This document shows positions 37,400-47,776 of a stretch of 64,000 bases of DNA, in pieces; positions within the stretch are counted from its first letter, which is position 1, and the number at the start of each line of letters is the position of its first letter. Under the pieces are notes generated by a model, which was given only the letters and a program-made list of their open reading frames with translations, ran no database searches and was not told where the DNA came from. The position numbers and the translations under genes are program-made. The DNA lies in assembly GCA_000146465.1 (NCBI GenBank), contig CP001944.1. One strand, given 5' to 3'.

Positions 37400-39970
37400 T
37401 TAATTCTTTCTTCTTTTTCCAGGCTCTTGGTCATATTCCTCCTCGCTGTCATCTTCCTCATCTTCATCGTCCGAGCTGTCGTAATCGCTTTCATCTTCCG
37501 ATGGATCCTCGCTCGATATATCACTTACATCTTCATCATCGGTAGAAAGATCTTCTGTCTCCGAAGAGTTCGACTCCTCCGAAGTCTCGAGTTCCTCATC
37601 TTCAGAACTCTCTTCACTATCTCCAACCATGAGGCCAGACCATGCTCCATCTTCATAAAACGAAATTGGGTCCTTCATTATGCTTCCAATAACGTTATTC
37701 CACCGGATGCTTGCTGAGGTCTCCATAAATAAGATGTTATTTGAGTCAAGGTACTCTTTGAGCTTGTTAACGCTTTGCACATCTACGCTTAGTATGCTTA
37801 CAAGGAGACGAGACTTATTCTTCATAACCACATCCAGAGGATATTTGTTCTTCAAGATAAAAAGCACATCTACAGTCTTCACTGTCAAAACAACCCTTTC
37901 GAAATTCACCACTTCCACATCCTCGAGAGTCAGTACAAAATATGGCGCTTCGTCAAGACTAACAAGGCATTCGTGGGTTTGTTTGATCATGACATTCTCC
38001 CGGAATGGAACCCCATGGAATCCGGTCTTTGGAATTTGAACCTTGAAGTCTGTCTCAGACTCAATGATGTTTACAAAGGATCTAAACTGCTGGTTGATTG
38101 CTTCCTGTCTATCCTCCTCTTCCTTCTCGATAATGTACTCCATATGTTCGTCTCCCCTTTTCATGGTGTCATAAATCATCCCACTCCCTGCCTCTCGATA
38201 AAACTGTACGTTGGTAACCTTTCCTCCAAGAATAATAGGATTCAATAGATGCAAGTGGAGGATAGCATTTGTTTCCACATTCCCCTCGGAAAAAAATATA
38301 TGCCGGATATTCGAAAATAAAATCACAACATTTTCCTCCTTGAACCTAAATCCGTTGGCATGAAGCTCCAGACTACCAACCTTCCGGCGTCTAGATCCCG
38401 TCTTTATGTCTGTTCTCATATAGACATCTGTAAGGCTAAGAGGCCTCTGGCTAATCTTCAGCTCTTCGAAGCTCTCTGCTTCGCCAGCTGTTTTTCTTGT
38501 TGAATGAATCTTCTTCAGGTTATTTATCTCCTCGGCCAGCTCCCGCGAGTTGTTTCCACGAAGGCTTATCGATTTGATGGTGCTCTGGGTGCTTTCGCCG
38601 CCTTGCTCATGCTCCGTCTCCTCTGCTCCATCTCTTCCCTTGGGCTCTGCTTTGAAGTTGATTCGAAGAATCTTTTCATCCGTGACTGCAATGCTCTTAA
38701 TGCTTGAAACATGGAATGGCACAGCATAACTTCCAATCGGTACCACTATCGATTCTCGAGAAAAATCCACCACTAGCCTCCCTTGTCTAGGAACAAGGCT
38801 TTCTTTACCATATGGAACTATCTTATCTTCCTTTTTTTCCTCGTCCTTTCCAGAATCCGAAAGGTTTCTATAGAACTCAAGCCTCTCCTCAATGAGCTTG
38901 TCAAGTAGCTCCTTCTGATGCTCTTTCCTCCTCATGCTCAACTCATACTCCTTTGTCTTATCTCGGAACCGTGATCTTTTATCTAGAAAGTCGGGTGCCG
39001 CATCCTGCAACGTTAGATATTCCGGAACCTCTTCAAGGATAAATGTGTTCGACAAAGACATCGTCTCATTATTCAATCTTATTACAAAAACACATCCCTT
39101 CCTAAGGATAAACGAATTCTTAAAACTTCTTTCCTTGCTCATCAGTCCTATCGTGTATATAAAGTCCGGATCAAATACAAGTCCGTTTTCTGCAAAGTAT
39201 TTCTCTCCTTCCGAGTATACAGTCGAAGAATCCGTTCCCTCCCGTACTAGTCCTAGAATATACTCCTGGGCCATATAAGCTTCTTCCATGTTCGTTACAA
39301 TGGTCCTAGATGCTTCACTGCAATACCCATTGTATCTTACCCCAATTCTGACTCTGTCCCGAGTATATTCCACAGGAAATGAAAACTCGCACAAACTCAT
39401 GTCTACCCCATCCACATTCGAATTCATCATTTCTTCGAGCCTCGCCTTTTCAAAAGCTCCATCCCATAGCATCTCCATCCCCTTTTTCATCAGTGCAGAC
39501 ACCGCCATTCCCGAAGCCTTGGAGTTCTTAATCTCTTCATCATCTTTTGTCAGGAAGATTTCCCCCAACTTCTCAGTTGCATCAGACACACTGATCTTCT
39601 CGAGGATATTCCTGCAAAAGTCTCCCTGGATCTCCTCGGAATCCGCAACATAATATGAATTCCTGAGCATCCCGTAGATCTCATCCATGTTTGAGTTATC
39701 TTTGTTCCGCACAACAATGTTCAAGCACGAGATCTGTTTGAGAATCTCAGACTTCTTTTGGCTTGTTATCGCCGTGCATGTGTCATCAACTATTAAAATG
39801 GTCTCAGGAAACTCGTATCCAAGTAAATAGATAAAGAGAGCCGAGTTGATTCGAAACTCAAGAACATCTTGGCCCTTTCCCAGAAGAACAACCAAAGGCC
39901 CTCCAAGATGCTTTCTTATCTCCTTTGATCTCCTCTTAAATCTTTCTTCTTCAAGCTTGATCATCGACAT
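37400..39970 (-). CDS. SPT16: FACT complex subunit Spt16
   Basis: N-terminal aminopeptidase-like domain (ALFIYLLGYEFPETILIV), middle and PH-like domains, and a C-terminal acidic Ser/Asp/Glu tail (DDEDVSDISSEDPSEDESDYDSSDDEDEEDD). Confidence 0.85.
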   Translation of the reverse strand: MSMIKLEEERFKRRSKEIRKHLGGPLVVLLGKGQDVLEFRINSALFIYLLGYEFPETILIVDDTCTAITSQKKSEILKQISCLNIVVRNKDNSNMDEIYGMLRNSYYVADSEEIQGDFCRNILEKISVSDATEKLGEIFLTKDDEEIKNSKASGMAVSALMKKGMEMLWDGAFEKARLEEMMNSNVDGVDMSLCEFSFPVEYTRDRVRIGVRYNGYCSEASRTIVTNMEEAYMAQEYILGLVREGTDSSTVYSEGEKYFAENGLVFDPDFIYTIGLMSKERSFKNSFILRKGCVFVIRLNNETMSLSNTFILEEVPEYLTLQDAAPDFLDKRSRFRDKTKEYELSMRRKEHQKELLDKLIEERLEFYRNLSDSGKDEEKKEDKIVPYGKESLVPRQGRLVVDFSRESIVVPIGSYAVPFHVSSIKSIAVTDEKILRINFKAEPKGRDGAEETEHEQGGESTQSTIKSISLRGNNSRELAEEINNLKKIHSTRKTAGEAESFEELKISQRPLSLTDVYMRTDIKTGSRRRKVGSLELHANGFRFKEENVVILFSNIRHIFFSEGNVETNAILHLHLLNPIILGGKVTNVQFYREAGSGMIYDTMKRGDEHMEYIIEKEEEDRQEAINQQFRSFVNIIESETDFKVQIPKTGFHGVPFRENVMIKQTHECLVSLDEAPYFVLTLEDVEVVNFERVVLTVKTVDVLFILKNKYPLDVVMKNKSRLLVSILSVDVQSVNKLKEYLDSNNILFMETSASIRWNNVIGSIMKDPISFYEDGAWSGLMVGDSEESSEDEELETSEESNSSETEDLSTDDEDVSDISSEDPSEDESDYDSSDDEDEEDDSEEEYDQEPGKRRKN

Positions 39971-40027
39971 CTCAAGGATTAAAATTTTTATTCATCATCT
40001 AAAACTAAACTCCCTCTAGGACATCAC

Positions 40028-41251
40028 TCAATTAAAAAAGTATACTCTATTACTTTTTGTTCCACACACAAGCCCTCCTTCACTTCCCATGTCGAAGCAG
40101 TACACTTCATCATCACAGACTAAGTCGCTTACCACTTTTTTTTTGCTTACTCTAAACATCTTAACAGTCTTATCTTTGGAACATGAAACTATCAGGTCGT
40201 TCATCATCTTGACCTTGTAAACCAGATCTACATGCCGAAAGATTAGAAGCTGCTGGCCTGAATCTACGCTCCACAGTCTCACCGACTTATCAAACGATCC
40301 AGACGCTGCATAAAGACGGTTTTGAGATATGGAAACAGAGATAACCTCTGCATTATGCTTCATTCTTTTGTGAAGAACAAACCCCTTCCAAACAATAACA
40401 TCTCCTCCATCACATCCAGACACCATATAATTTCCATTACAGTCAATGGTATTAATTCCTGAAGAATGCCCCCTGAGTTCGTCTGAGAATCTGAGATTTT
40501 TGTAAACCTTGATTCTTCCATCTTTACTTCCCGAGGCTATGTAGTCCTCTCCAGAACAGATGCATGTAACAGGCATTGTGTGAGCATAGGAAAGAAGAAC
40601 TTCTCCGTTCAAATTCCATACCACAACAGAATTGTCTCTTGACCCCGTAACTAGACTCTCCTTGTAAAACTTCAATGCCACCACTCCTTTTCTATGTCCA
40701 AGGAAACTTCTAATGTATTCACCTTCTCTGGAATAGAGGTTAACACCTCCATCAAGCCCTCCACTAGCAACATATCTTCCATCGGGAGAAACATCAAGAG
40801 ACAAAACCCAATGGGTGTGTCTTTTGACTATTTTACTCTGCGTCTTTGTTCTTGCGTCCCAAAACCTAACTGTAGAGTCTCCTCCTCCAGTGACAATCAC
40901 TCCTCCATACCTCACGCAAAGGACAGGGCCTTCATGCCCACTGAACGACGAGGAGCAATGGAAGGCTGCTTGTGTTGCAGGTTCTTCGTCACTCATTCTA
41001 ATCTTTATAACCTCTTCTTCCGACGAGATTCCCAGCAACTCCAATGTCTCCTCAAGCGTCTCAAGGACTGGTTGGCCATTAATGTAAAGCGAGAGGGTTG
41101 TATTTGCAAGCAATTGCAGCTGTGATCTAAGTATCTTAACGGGTATTTGAAGCCGATCCGATACTTTACGGCCCTCCTGGTCCTCAAACTCAACAAGAAC
41201 CAAACCCGACATGGGGGAGTGGAAGTTAAACATTTTATTGGCCCGATACAT
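40028..41251 (-). CDS. NLE-domain WD40 ribosome-assembly protein (Notchless/Rsa4 or WDR12/Ytm1 type)
   Basis: N-terminal NLE/ubiquitin-like domain (LQIPVKILRSQLQLLANTTLSLYINGQPVLETLEETL) followed by about 8 WD40 repeats (GH...WD dipeptides throughout). Confidence 0.8.
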   Translation of the reverse strand: MYRANKMFNFHSPMSGLVLVEFEDQEGRKVSDRLQIPVKILRSQLQLLANTTLSLYINGQPVLETLEETLELLGISSEEEVIKIRMSDEEPATQAAFHCSSSFSGHEGPVLCVRYGGVIVTGGGDSTVRFWDARTKTQSKIVKRHTHWVLSLDVSPDGRYVASGGLDGGVNLYSREGEYIRSFLGHRKGVVALKFYKESLVTGSRDNSVVVWNLNGEVLLSYAHTMPVTCICSGEDYIASGSKDGRIKVYKNLRFSDELRGHSSGINTIDCNGNYMVSGCDGGDVIVWKGFVLHKRMKHNAEVISVSISQNRLYAASGSFDKSVRLWSVDSGQQLLIFRHVDLVYKVKMMNDLIVSCSKDKTVKMFRVSKKKVVSDLVCDDEVYCFDMGSEGGLVCGTKSNRVYFFN

Positions 41252-41345
41252 CTCGTTCTTGATCTTGTATACCTTCTGCCAAGAAATGCACAGAGTAGAG
41301 CCAATGCAAGTACATCATCATTAGTGAAAAATTTATCCCTAGAGA

Positions 41346-44300
41346 ATGAGGTTGAAAGATGCTGCAAAAGCCCACATAGAGGCTTATGATGCAATATTCG
41401 AGGAACACATACTTGACAACCTTGTGGCGAACATTCCGCCCCTAATTAGAGGGAAAACAAAGATAGTGGTTGAAGATATTCATATCTACCCACCATTCCT
41501 GAGCGACAAAGACCATATATCTGTAGATAGGAGGTTGTTTCCCTGGGAGTGCCGAGAGAGAGGACTGACATATAAAGGGAAGATTATTATTCGGATTTCA
41601 TTGTTCCATGACAACAAGCACATCATGACCGAGGACAAGTTAGCAGGATACTTTCCCATTATGGTCCGATCATCTCTATGCCACTTAAGGAATGCTAAGA
41701 ATATGAACAAGGTTGGAGAGGACGAAGACGAGGTTGGAGGATATTTTATAATCAACGGATTTGATAAATTCATTAGGTTTACCATTACACAAAAGAGAAA
41801 CCATATATTCGCATTCAAGACGCGGAAAAGAGAAAGTTTCTTTACAGGTTACGGAGTATCTATGAGATGTGTAGGAAAAGACGAAATTGGGCACATGAAT
41901 AATTTGTATTACTGCACAGATGGAAATGTGGTTCTCAAGATGTACTATAGAAGATCGGAATTTTTTTTCCCACTAGTTCTCATTTTAAGGGCTTTAGTTA
42001 ATACAACAGATGAAGAGCTGTACGAAGCCTTAGGACAAGGAGAAAGGGCCATCCACCTCCTCAAATGCTTTGCAGAGTACAATGTTTTTTCAAGAAAAGA
42101 GTGTTTAGATTACATTGGGTCTCGTTTTTCATCTATGGCCAACTTCGGATCGAAGATTGAGGTAGCTGAGGAGATTTTAAGTAAGTACATTGCTTCTCAT
42201 CTTTCATCACATCTTGACAAGTTCAACTTCCTAATACTTGCAGCTAAAAAGCTGTTTTCCTTTGTGAACAACGAAATAGCAGAAGAAGACTTTGATTCCT
42301 CTGGAAATCACGAGCTCCATACGACAACACAAATCTTATCTTCTCTTCTACGGGACAAGATAGAAGAGTTCATGCGGTCTCTTCCTATTGCATATAAGAA
42401 AGCATATTTAAAAAGCGAAGGGGAGAAAAGAAGATTGGAAGAAGACTCCGACTCGGAGGTTGTAGATGGAATCTACGAAGATAAACTGGATATATTAAAG
42501 ATCAAGGAGATATTCAAGAAAGCAGTCATGAACATTGGGCAGAAAGTAGAGCTTTTCCTATCTTCAGGGAACATATTTTTGTCCTGTTGTTCAGACATTC
42601 TTCAAACCACAGGGCTTTCGATCACCCTTGAAAGAACCAATTTCTACAGATACTTCGGTAACTTGCGTAGCATCAACAGAGGGACACATATTCCCTCATT
42701 GGTGACAAGAATCCGCAAACTTAGGCCTGAGTCTTGGGGATTTATTTGCCCAGTTCATACTCCTGACGGGGCATGCTGTGGGGTTCTTCTGCACATGGCC
42801 AAGGGGGCAGATATAGTCTCCAGGGCAAATGATTTTGACACAGAGATTCTCTTTGAGCTTGGTGTTGTTCCAACTATCCGAGGCGTTAGAATGGAAGTTC
42901 CTGTTCTTGTAGATGGAAAAGTGATTGGGTCAACTTCATCCCCACAGTTTCTTGTTCGGATGCTAAGAGAGTATAAGGTCAAGAACAGACTAAAAATAGA
43001 GATTGTATACAGCGAAGGGACCAAGGTATTTTCTTCTGTCTGTATTTTCAGCTCGATGGGCAGATTTATCAGAAAAGTCATGAACCAGAGGCTGGGGTCT
43101 GAGGAATGGGTTGGAATAATGGAGCAGGTTTCTTTAAACATAGATTTAGAAAGGGGAGAGGGGGATTACCATGAGATAGACAAGTCCAACATATTAGGAA
43201 TAATAGCAGGTTTGACTCCATATTCCGAACACAATCAAAGTCCTAGAAATATGTACCAGTGCCAAATGGCTAAGCAAGCAATGGGATTTTCGGCATACAA
43301 TATGAAGACAAGGATAGACCACACCATGTACAATATAAATTATCTCCAATCTCCCTTGGTCAGAACAAAGGGATATGACATGGTCAAGGATTATCCTCTG
43401 GGAATCAATTGCATGGTGGCGGTTCTCTCATATACAGCATACGACATGGAGGATGCACTTGTGATCAACAAGAGCAGCATCGAAAGAGGGTTGTTTACAG
43501 GATTGATTTATAAAACAGAAAGAATAGTGTTGAACAAAGGTTATTCCTTTTTGTATCTTCCGTCTGTCGGAGAAAAAATACAGAAGGATTCGATTCTATA
43601 CAAATATGTTGATTTGGAAGATAGAGAGTACCAGACAAGATACTTGGAGACCGAAGATGGGGTAATTGATTCTGTTCGAGTATTTGAAAGTGATGCAGGA
43701 GAAAGATGTGCTTTACTGACCATAAGAATGGTCCGAAACCCTACTATTGGAGATAAGTTCAGCTCAAGGCATGGGCAGAAGGGTGTTTGCTCGGTACATT
43801 GGCCAAGCATAGACATGCCGTTTACGGAGTCTGGATATGTCCCGGACATCATAATCAATCCCCATGCATTTCCAAGCCGAATGACTATTGGAATGCTGAT
43901 GGAATCTATTGCAGGGAAGGTTGGATGCCTAAGCGGGAATACCCAGGACGGAACGGCATTTGAAAAGAATCTCTCCCAAGGAGAAGATGAAGAAACGGTT
44001 GGAAGAAAGGAATATATATGCTCTGAGCTCCAGAAGTATGGTTTCAACTACTATGGAAATGAACCGATGTATAGCGGAGTATCTGGAAATGAGTTCCGCG
44101 TTGATGTATTTGTAGGAGTTGTTTATTACCAAAGGTTGAAGCACATGGTGGGAGACAAGTTCCAGGTACGTACAAAGGGGGCGATTGTTTCTACAACTCG
44201 ACAACCAGTTGGAGGGAGAAAGAGGCAAGGAGGAATCCGCTTTGGAGAGATGGAACGGGACACTTTGATTTCGCATGGGGCTTCGCATCTCTTACAAGAT

Positions 44301-44489
44301 AGGCTCCTCAAGTGCAGCGACGGAACAACTTTTGAGTACTGCGGGGCTTGCAAGAGTATACTCTTTACAAGCAGTGGGGATTGTATTTGCGGGAGTAGTG
44401 ATATTCGGATAGTTGAGATGCCATATGTCTTCAAGTACCTGTGTTACGAGTTACTTGCAATGAATATAAGAGTCAAGCTTGATCTATGA
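41346..44489 (+). CDS. RPA2: DNA-directed RNA polymerase I second-largest subunit (RPA2/A135)
   Basis: Second-largest-subunit core (GDKFQVRTKGAIVS, GGIRFGEMERD, hybrid-binding and wall regions). The C-terminal Zn ribbon plus MPYVFKYLCYELLAMNIRVKL matches the Pol I-specific PYVFRYLVAELAAMNI tail rather than the Pol II or Pol III forms. Confidence 0.8.
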   Translation: MRLKDAAKAHIEAYDAIFEEHILDNLVANIPPLIRGKTKIVVEDIHIYPPFLSDKDHISVDRRLFPWECRERGLTYKGKIIIRISLFHDNKHIMTEDKLAGYFPIMVRSSLCHLRNAKNMNKVGEDEDEVGGYFIINGFDKFIRFTITQKRNHIFAFKTRKRESFFTGYGVSMRCVGKDEIGHMNNLYYCTDGNVVLKMYYRRSEFFFPLVLILRALVNTTDEELYEALGQGERAIHLLKCFAEYNVFSRKECLDYIGSRFSSMANFGSKIEVAEEILSKYIASHLSSHLDKFNFLILAAKKLFSFVNNEIAEEDFDSSGNHELHTTTQILSSLLRDKIEEFMRSLPIAYKKAYLKSEGEKRRLEEDSDSEVVDGIYEDKLDILKIKEIFKKAVMNIGQKVELFLSSGNIFLSCCSDILQTTGLSITLERTNFYRYFGNLRSINRGTHIPSLVTRIRKLRPESWGFICPVHTPDGACCGVLLHMAKGADIVSRANDFDTEILFELGVVPTIRGVRMEVPVLVDGKVIGSTSSPQFLVRMLREYKVKNRLKIEIVYSEGTKVFSSVCIFSSMGRFIRKVMNQRLGSEEWVGIMEQVSLNIDLERGEGDYHEIDKSNILGIIAGLTPYSEHNQSPRNMYQCQMAKQAMGFSAYNMKTRIDHTMYNINYLQSPLVRTKGYDMVKDYPLGINCMVAVLSYTAYDMEDALVINKSSIERGLFTGLIYKTERIVLNKGYSFLYLPSVGEKIQKDSILYKYVDLEDREYQTRYLETEDGVIDSVRVFESDAGERCALLTIRMVRNPTIGDKFSSRHGQKGVCSVHWPSIDMPFTESGYVPDIIINPHAFPSRMTIGMLMESIAGKVGCLSGNTQDGTAFEKNLSQGEDEETVGRKEYICSELQKYGFNYYGNEPMYSGVSGNEFRVDVFVGVVYYQRLKHMVGDKFQVRTKGAIVSTTRQPVGGRKRQGGIRFGEMERDTLISHGASHLLQDRLLKCSDGTTFEYCGACKSILFTSSGDCICGSSDIRIVEMPYVFKYLCYELLAMNIRVKLDL

Positions 44490-44537
44490 ATAATTAAATG
44501 GGATTTTGAGCTTAATATTCTGTAGTCTTTTCCCCAG

Positions 44538-44849
44538 TTGATGAGAAGGACAAAAAAGAACAACGCAAGAGATGGAAACTCTCTTCAGGACAGGCCTAAG
44601 AAGAAAGAAGGCCAAGCCGGGCTTGAGGACGATATTGAAGCAATATTTTCCTCTGTTGGCTCTTCAGAAGCACACAAGTTGAAGGAAAGAAAAGAAGATT
44701 CGGAGTCCGATGAAGAGAAGTATTTTTCTGTTGGAAAGAATGGCAGAAGATACCATGAGGGTCTTCCGATCTATACGCCCGAGGAACTTCATCTTGGAAA
44801 TGGAGGGGACACGGAGGATTGCCCGATATATTGCGACTGCTGTATGTAA
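44538..44849 (+). CDS. Hypothetical basic/acidic small protein with a C-terminal CPIYCDCC cysteine cluster
   Basis: 103-aa ORF located 48 bp after RPA2. The motif GLPIYTPEELHLGNGGDTEDCPIYCDCC resembles a conserved eukaryotic DUF-type C-terminal signature. Assignment is uncertain. Confidence 0.4.
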   Translation: MMRRTKKNNARDGNSLQDRPKKKEGQAGLEDDIEAIFSSVGSSEAHKLKERKEDSESDEEKYFSVGKNGRRYHEGLPIYTPEELHLGNGGDTEDCPIYCDCCM

Positions 44850-44938
44850 GGCTTTGGGAGATTCTGAAGCTACACTCGGCAAGTCCTCTGGCTTCTACCC
44901 GGGAGTACTTTGACAAAAATATTCAATGTAGACACCCA

Positions 44939-45514
44939 ATGTACTTCAGTAGAATTGTCCGAAAGATAAAAAAAGAAAGAAGCCAACTCCGGGTGCTTGT
45001 GCTTGGCTTGGATAATGCAGGAAAGACCACTGTCCTACACAAACTCCTTGGAAAAGCGATAGAACATGTGCAACCAACCTTTGGGTATCAGATCTACGAT
45101 GTTACCTATAAGACGCTTAGCCTGATAATTCTTGATGTAGGTGGGCAGTCAATGTTTGTGGAGTATTGGTCGAGCTACTACGAAGACGTGGACGGAGTTG
45201 TGTTTGTGTTTGATTCAAGCGACCGGCGATCTTTTATCGAGCATGTAGGGCATATTAAGTCTACTCTTGTAGACACGCCTATGTTGATATTGGCCAATAA
45301 ATCGGATCTCAATCCTACATTTGATCCCAGGTCATTTGGAAACGACTTCTGTGAGTTTCTTGAAAAAAACGATGTTAAACTTTCGAAATGCTGTGGATTA
45401 TCTGGAGATGGACTAGAGGAGGGGTTTGACTGGATGATAGGCAGAGCAATGAAAGGGCTAATGGTGGACGAAGAAGAGGAAAAGAAAATGGAGCAGGAGA
45501 AGATATTTGGGTAG
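44939..45514 (+). CDS. ARF-like small GTPase (ARL2/ARL3-like)
   Basis: LRVLVLGLDNAGKTTVLHKL (P-loop), DVGGQ (switch II) and NKSDL (G4). The start was trimmed to MYFSRIVRKIKKE; the listed ORF begins at 44819. Confidence 0.8.
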   Translation: MYFSRIVRKIKKERSQLRVLVLGLDNAGKTTVLHKLLGKAIEHVQPTFGYQIYDVTYKTLSLIILDVGGQSMFVEYWSSYYEDVDGVVFVFDSSDRRSFIEHVGHIKSTLVDTPMLILANKSDLNPTFDPRSFGNDFCEFLEKNDVKLSKCCGLSGDGLEEGFDWMIGRAMKGLMVDEEEEKKMEQEKIFG

Positions 45515-45527
45515 ATTGTAATGAAGA

Positions 45528-46100
45528 ATGTTTATCCCTCCGATGAAAAGGCGGAAGGGATCGAGCTTGGGAAGTATGCACACTGTGTCTGAGATAAGAA
45601 AACATAAGAGAGAAAGAAACAGAAAGCTTCTTCTGGAGATATATGGACTGGAGAAAGATCCAAATTTAACCAAGGATGCAAGGGGAAGGTATGTCTGTGC
45701 ACTTTGTAAGACTAAGCATCTGACAGAGATGAGTTATGTAAAGCATAGAGAAGGAAAGAAGCACAGAGAAGTACTTTCGAGAAAAGAAGAGACCACTCGC
45801 ATTATTCCTTCTTTTAGTATACGGAATCTAGTGAGGGAAGGGAAAAAAGGATACGGCATTGCTGTTGACTACAAGCTTGCTGAGGAAATGCCACAGCATC
45901 GCTTTGTAAGCAGTCTAGAACAAGGTGTGGAGGAGTATGACGAGTGTTTTGGATACCTCGTATTTGTGTGCCAGCCTTACGAGAACATCGGATTCAAATT
46001 CGAAAACAGGGAGATTGACAGAACCTCCATCTATGAAGACATTGATGAGGAGACGGGAGCATACATGTTTCACTTCTTCTTTCAAAAGACTCATGATTGA
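45528..46100 (+). CDS. Splicing factor SF3a subunit 2 (Prp11-like)
   Basis: Matrin-type C2H2 finger GRYVCALCKTKHLTEMSYVKHREGKKH. Conserved SF3A2 core YLVFVCQPYENIGFKFENREIDRTS...FHFFFQ (compare YLLMAAEPYETIAFKVPSREIDK...LQFHFK). Confidence 0.8.
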   Translation: MFIPPMKRRKGSSLGSMHTVSEIRKHKRERNRKLLLEIYGLEKDPNLTKDARGRYVCALCKTKHLTEMSYVKHREGKKHREVLSRKEETTRIIPSFSIRNLVREGKKGYGIAVDYKLAEEMPQHRFVSSLEQGVEEYDECFGYLVFVCQPYENIGFKFENREIDRTSIYEDIDEETGAYMFHFFFQKTHD

Positions 46101-46144
46101 TGAAGGCCTATGGATTTTTACGTTCTACTTTTTAATCCCAAGAG

Positions 46145-46459
46145 ATGTTATTTTGCCCTCTGTGTTCAAGCATGCTGGTTGTTAAAAGACAGCCTGCGGG
46201 GAATGAGCTGTCTTGCATCATGTGTGGGTATTTGTATGGCATATCCAAGGAAATGTCCAAGACTATCGCCATGACGCCAAAGAAAAGCGATGGGTTTGTT
46301 GACGAGGATGAGAACTTGAAGTTTGTGTCCAAGTGTGGGAAGAAATGCGAGTGTGGTTCTGAAGAGGTTTCTTTTGTAGAGCTTCAGACGCGTAGCGCAG
46401 ATGAGCCCATGACGATATTCTATAAGTGCATAAGATGTAAGAAGGTTTGGAAAGAATGA
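46145..46459 (+). CDS. RNA polymerase III subunit C11 (TFIIS-type zinc-ribbon subunit)
   Basis: N-terminal Zn ribbon MLFCPLCSSML...SCIMCGY. C-terminal ribbon CGKKCECGSEEVSFVELQTRSADEPMTIFYKCIRCKKVW matches the C11/POLR3K QTRSADEPMTTFYKC signature. An Rpb9/A12.2 paralogue is not fully excluded. Confidence 0.7.
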   Translation: MLFCPLCSSMLVVKRQPAGNELSCIMCGYLYGISKEMSKTIAMTPKKSDGFVDEDENLKFVSKCGKKCECGSEEVSFVELQTRSADEPMTIFYKCIRCKKVWKE

Positions 46460-46563
46460 AAAACTATAGAGATAGCTCACCAACAGAATAAACCGTATTT
46501 ATCTAGTGTATTTTCTATTGGCAGGAATTTATCAGAAGTTGGCTTGGGATTCTTTGGCCTATA

Positions 46564-47628
46564 CTATTCTTCCTCTTCTCTATGCATTTCAATTTCTGAA
46601 AAGGCAAAGAAGATCTCTCCCTCTTCATTGTTATCTCCGTCCTCTTCATACACAATCCTATCTGAAGGCCAATTCTTGGCTATGGTTATCCACTGGCTTA
46701 GAATGTTTGACTTTTCTCCGCTTGTTACAAAGAACATGTATTCTGTGGGAAGTCCATATCTATAAACCGATTCCACGAAAAGCTTCAGGAGTTTGACATG
46801 GACCAGTATCTTGAGAACCTCTTTTAGATTGATTTGCAAAAACGTAGTCAGAAGTCTTTCAACAGCCGAAAACCTCTCTTCAGCCTTTCTTCTCTTTGTA
46901 ATCATCTCCTCGGAGGAAATCATATTGTCGTCGAGATCTTTTATCAGAAATCCCTCAGAGTGCATCATATTTCTTACTTCTTCCTCGCCCTGATGCAGGA
47001 TGTAAATCTTAAAGAGATTATGGTCTTCATCACTGTTTATCTTCTCCACAGCATCTCCCGATATGTGTGGCGAATCCTCCACAACTCTGTTGAACTCGGA
47101 GCTTTTACTCTTCTGAACAACCACATATAAAACTTTGAGGAATTCATACTTCTCTGCCTTTCCAACTATTATGTTAAGATTGATGTCGCATAAACTCCCT
47201 CTTGTAAGTTTTTGAAGCTTCTCACATTCCTTCCTTGCATCTCCAAACTCCTCAACCTTCTCTTCATATGCCTTGTAAACTCTTCCATACTCTCCATCCA
47301 GTAACAAAATTGCTTTGTCAATCGAGTTGGTTGGAAAGTTCTGATTGTCCCATCTGAGAAAATTCCCCGCATTCTCAATGCTATCGCATTCAACTTCCTT
47401 TGCAATCCTACATGTTCTGGAATATCCCATGAATGTTTTGAAAAGACCTTCGCACGACTTTTCTAGCAAATTTAATCTCTCTACCTGATTTACTATCCCT
47501 TCCAGGGACACTCCTGTGAAGGATGGAAGAGATATTCTACTGCAATTAACTCCGTAGTCCTCTTGGATTAGATCTTCTGTTGGTTGGGGTACATCCTCCT
47601 CCACCGGGAGTCCTACAAGAACAAACAT
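46564..47628 (-). CDS. V-type proton ATPase subunit C
   Basis: LKILVHVKLLKLFVESVYRYGLPTEYMFFV matches V-ATPase C ([25 protein letters not shown]). Length and N-terminus are consistent. Confidence 0.8.
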   Translation of the reverse strand: MFVLVGLPVEEDVPQPTEDLIQEDYGVNCSRISLPSFTGVSLEGIVNQVERLNLLEKSCEGLFKTFMGYSRTCRIAKEVECDSIENAGNFLRWDNQNFPTNSIDKAILLLDGEYGRVYKAYEEKVEEFGDARKECEKLQKLTRGSLCDINLNIIVGKAEKYEFLKVLYVVVQKSKSSEFNRVVEDSPHISGDAVEKINSDEDHNLFKIYILHQGEEEVRNMMHSEGFLIKDLDDNMISSEEMITKRRKAEERFSAVERLLTTFLQINLKEVLKILVHVKLLKLFVESVYRYGLPTEYMFFVTSGEKSNILSQWITIAKNWPSDRIVYEEDGDNNEEGEIFFAFSEIEMHREEEE

Positions 47629-47776
47629 CGGGGTGTTAGATTTTGTGGTTTAAGTGGGACTGCTTACATGTAAGATTTGTGATTTGAAGGATCTGGTAAA
47701 TGATTGCCATTTTGGATTGCATCATGGCGTTTCATTGACGCCAAATAAATAAAGCTGTGAAACCCTGTGTAAATAA

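Noticed and set aside
37400-37650. Acidic Ser/Asp/Glu-rich low-complexity DNA considered as a repeat element
   Set aside because: It encodes the characteristic acidic C-terminal tail of Spt16.
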